Assembly: GCF_020741345.1 (NCBI RefSeq)
Contig: NZ_DYZD01000060.1
Location: forward strand, 78-64,077
DNA length: 64,000 nt
Direction: 5' to 3'
DNA from: Nocardiopsis listeri
GTDB lineage: Bacteria; Actinomycetota; Actinomycetes; Streptosporangiales; Streptosporangiaceae
Position numbers and translations under genes: made by a program. Below are positions 62,481-64,000 of this stretch, piece by piece (the stretch's first letter is position 1; the number at the start of each line of letters is the position of its first letter). The notes under the pieces are model-generated. The model worked only from the letters and a program-made list of their open reading frames with translations. It was not told where the DNA came from and made no database searches.

Positions 62481-64000
62481 GACGGCGAAGGACTCGCCCG
62501 GCACCTCGACGCGGGCGCCTTCGACCCTCGTGTGTCCGGTGGCCAGCAACGGTTCCCCCGGTGGGGCGTCCAACTCGACCCCGGCCTTCTCGGCGGACAG
62601 GTTGCACACCAGACGCAGGGACCCTCGGTGCAGGACGAGCACCCGACCGTCCTCACTCGCGGTGACCTCGAAGCGGTCCAGGCGCGGGTCCGCCGCCTCG
62701 GGTTCGGCGCGGCGCAGGGCGATGAGCGCCCGGTAGGCCTCCAGGACCGACGCCCCTGGTTCGCGTTCGGGCTCGGACCAGTCCAGGACGGCACTCTCGC
62801 GGGTGGCCGGGTCCATGGGGTCGGGGATGTCCTCCTCGGCCCACCCCAGGGCGGCGAACTCGCGGCGGCGCCCGGCGCGCACCCCCTCGGCCAGGTCCGG
62901 ATCGGTGAAGGACGCGAAGAACGGCCAGGGGGTGGTGGCGCCCCACTCCTCTCCCATGAAGATCATCGGGGTGTAGGGCGACAACAACACCAGCGCGGCA
63001 CCGCAGGTGAGCAGACCGGGCGAGAGGCGTTCGCCCTTGCGGTCGCCACGGGCGCGGTTGCCGATCTGGTCGTGGGTGGACAGGTAACCCAGGAACCGGC
63101 TGCCGGGGACGCGGTGGGTGTCGACCGGGGCACCATGGCTTCGTCCTCGGAAGGAGGAGGGCCCTCCCTGGTGTCGGAACACGTTCCGCAGCACGTCGGC
63201 GAGCACCCGGGGGCCGGCGAAGTCGGCGTAGTAGCCGTGGGTCTCCCCCGTGAGCGCCACGTGCAGGGCGTGGTGCAGGTCGTCGGACCACTGGGCGGTC
63301 ATACCCGGTCCACCGGCCTCACGGGCCAGGACGGTGCGCGGGTCGTTGCGGTCGGACTCCGCGATCAGGGACAGGGGGCGGCCGAGCCCGGTGGCCAGGG
63401 CCTCGACGGCGTCGGAGAGTTCGACCAGGATCGGCACGGCGCGGTCGTCCCTCATCGCGTGCACCGCGTCCAGGCGCAACCCGTCCAGGTGGTAGTGGCG
63501 CAGCCAGTCCAGGGCGCCCTCGACGACCAGGTCGCGGACGGGGTCGGAGTGGGGGCCGTCCAGGTTCAGGGAGGGCCCCCAGGCGTTCTCACCGAGGAAG
63601 TAGGGGCCGAAGCGCGGCAGGTAGGCGCCGGAGGGGCCCAGGTGGTTGTAGACCACGTCGAGCAGCACGGCGAGGCCGCGTCGATGGCAGGCGTCGACGA
63701 ACCCCTTGAGGGCGTCGGGCCCGCCGTAGGGTTGGTGGACCGCGGACCACAGGACCCCGTCGTAACCCCAGCCGTGGGCGCCGTCGAAGGCGTTGAGCGG
63801 CATGAGTTCGACGTGGGTGACGCCGAGCCCGACCAGGTGGTCGAGGTGGTCGATGGCGCCGGTGAGGGTGCCTTCGGGGGTGAAGGTGCCCACGTGGAGT
63901 TCGTAGATCACGGCCCCGGCGAGGGGGCGTCCGGTCCAGCCCCCGTCGGCCCACACGTGGGCGTCGTGGTCGTAGACGCGGGTGGGGGCGTGGACGCCCT
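62442..64000 (-). CDS. treZ: Malto-oligosyltrehalose trehalohydrolase, GH13 (5' truncated by window edge)
   Basis: IYELHVGTFT, WGYDG, DVVYNH.GP.G, DGLRLDAVH, LIAESD, THDQIGNRARG, PMIFMGEEWGA. Frame stays open to the window end; 3' end overlaps the hydrolase by 39 bp. Confidence 0.95.
   Translation of the reverse strand, partial: GVHAPTRVYDHDAHVWADGGWTGRPLAGAVIYELHVGTFTPEGTLTGAIDHLDHLVGLGVTHVELMPLNAFDGAHGWGYDGVLWSAVHQPYGGPDALKGFVDACHRRGLAVLLDVVYNHLGPSGAYLPRFGPYFLGENAWGPSLNLDGPHSDPVRDLVVEGALDWLRHYHLDGLRLDAVHAMRDDRAVPILVELSDAVEALATGLGRPLSLIAESDRNDPRTVLAREAGGPGMTAQWSDDLHHALHVALTGETHGYYADFAGPRVLADVLRNVFRHQGGPSSFRGRSHGAPVDTHRVPGSRFLGYLSTHDQIGNRARGDRKGERLSPGLLTCGAALVLLSPYTPMIFMGEEWGATTPWPFFASFTDPDLAEGVRAGRRREFAALGWAEEDIPDPMDPATRESAVLDWSEPEREPGASVLEAYRALIALRRAEPEAADPRLDRFEVTASEDGRVLVLHRGSLRLVCNLSAEKAGVELDAPPGEPLLATGHTRVEGARVEVPGESFAVLRVRPARSDRSR

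Overview
High-GC actinobacterial chromosome segment. The gene content (DevSR-like two-component system, TreZ, PucR, xanthine dehydrogenase, DUF4916-type Nudix protein) suggests a Nocardiopsis/Streptosporangiales-type organism; this is inference, not a database match. About 50 housekeeping and accessory CDS are supported. In order: (1) purine catabolism operon (xanthine dehydrogenase subunits, 8-oxoguanine deaminase-like enzyme, NCS2 permease); (2) a second PaoABC-like molybdo-oxidoreductase with fused Fe-S/Mo subunit; (3) PLP aminotransferase plus D-Ala-D-Ala ligase; (4) a GAF-HTH regulator with no adjacent target gene; (5) a PucR-linked guanidino/arginine catabolic cluster (SSS symporter, ureohydrolase, ThDP enzyme, NCS1 permease, aldehyde dehydrogenase, TetR, DDAH, Zn-ADH); (6) a GntR-TctCBA-DHDPS-like aldolase-DhaKL sugar-acid catabolic operon; (7) SPFH/RHH and YdbST membrane genes; (8) a DevS/DevR-like system with candidate DosR boxes; (9) secreted DUF6351-like and FG-GAP proteins; (10) an MFS/APH-like/methyltransferase patch with an Erm remnant; (11) partial treZ. 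No rRNA, tRNA, CRISPR array, transposase or phage gene was seen. The most unusual signals are a tandem-duplicated hairpin element with ACGR loops (guanidine-II-like) ahead of the NCS1 permease, the TTT/aldolase/triose-kinase operon, and several deletion-eroded genes (NACHT NTPase, Erm, TetR lacking its recognition helix). All family assignments come from motif recognition by eye; no searches were run.
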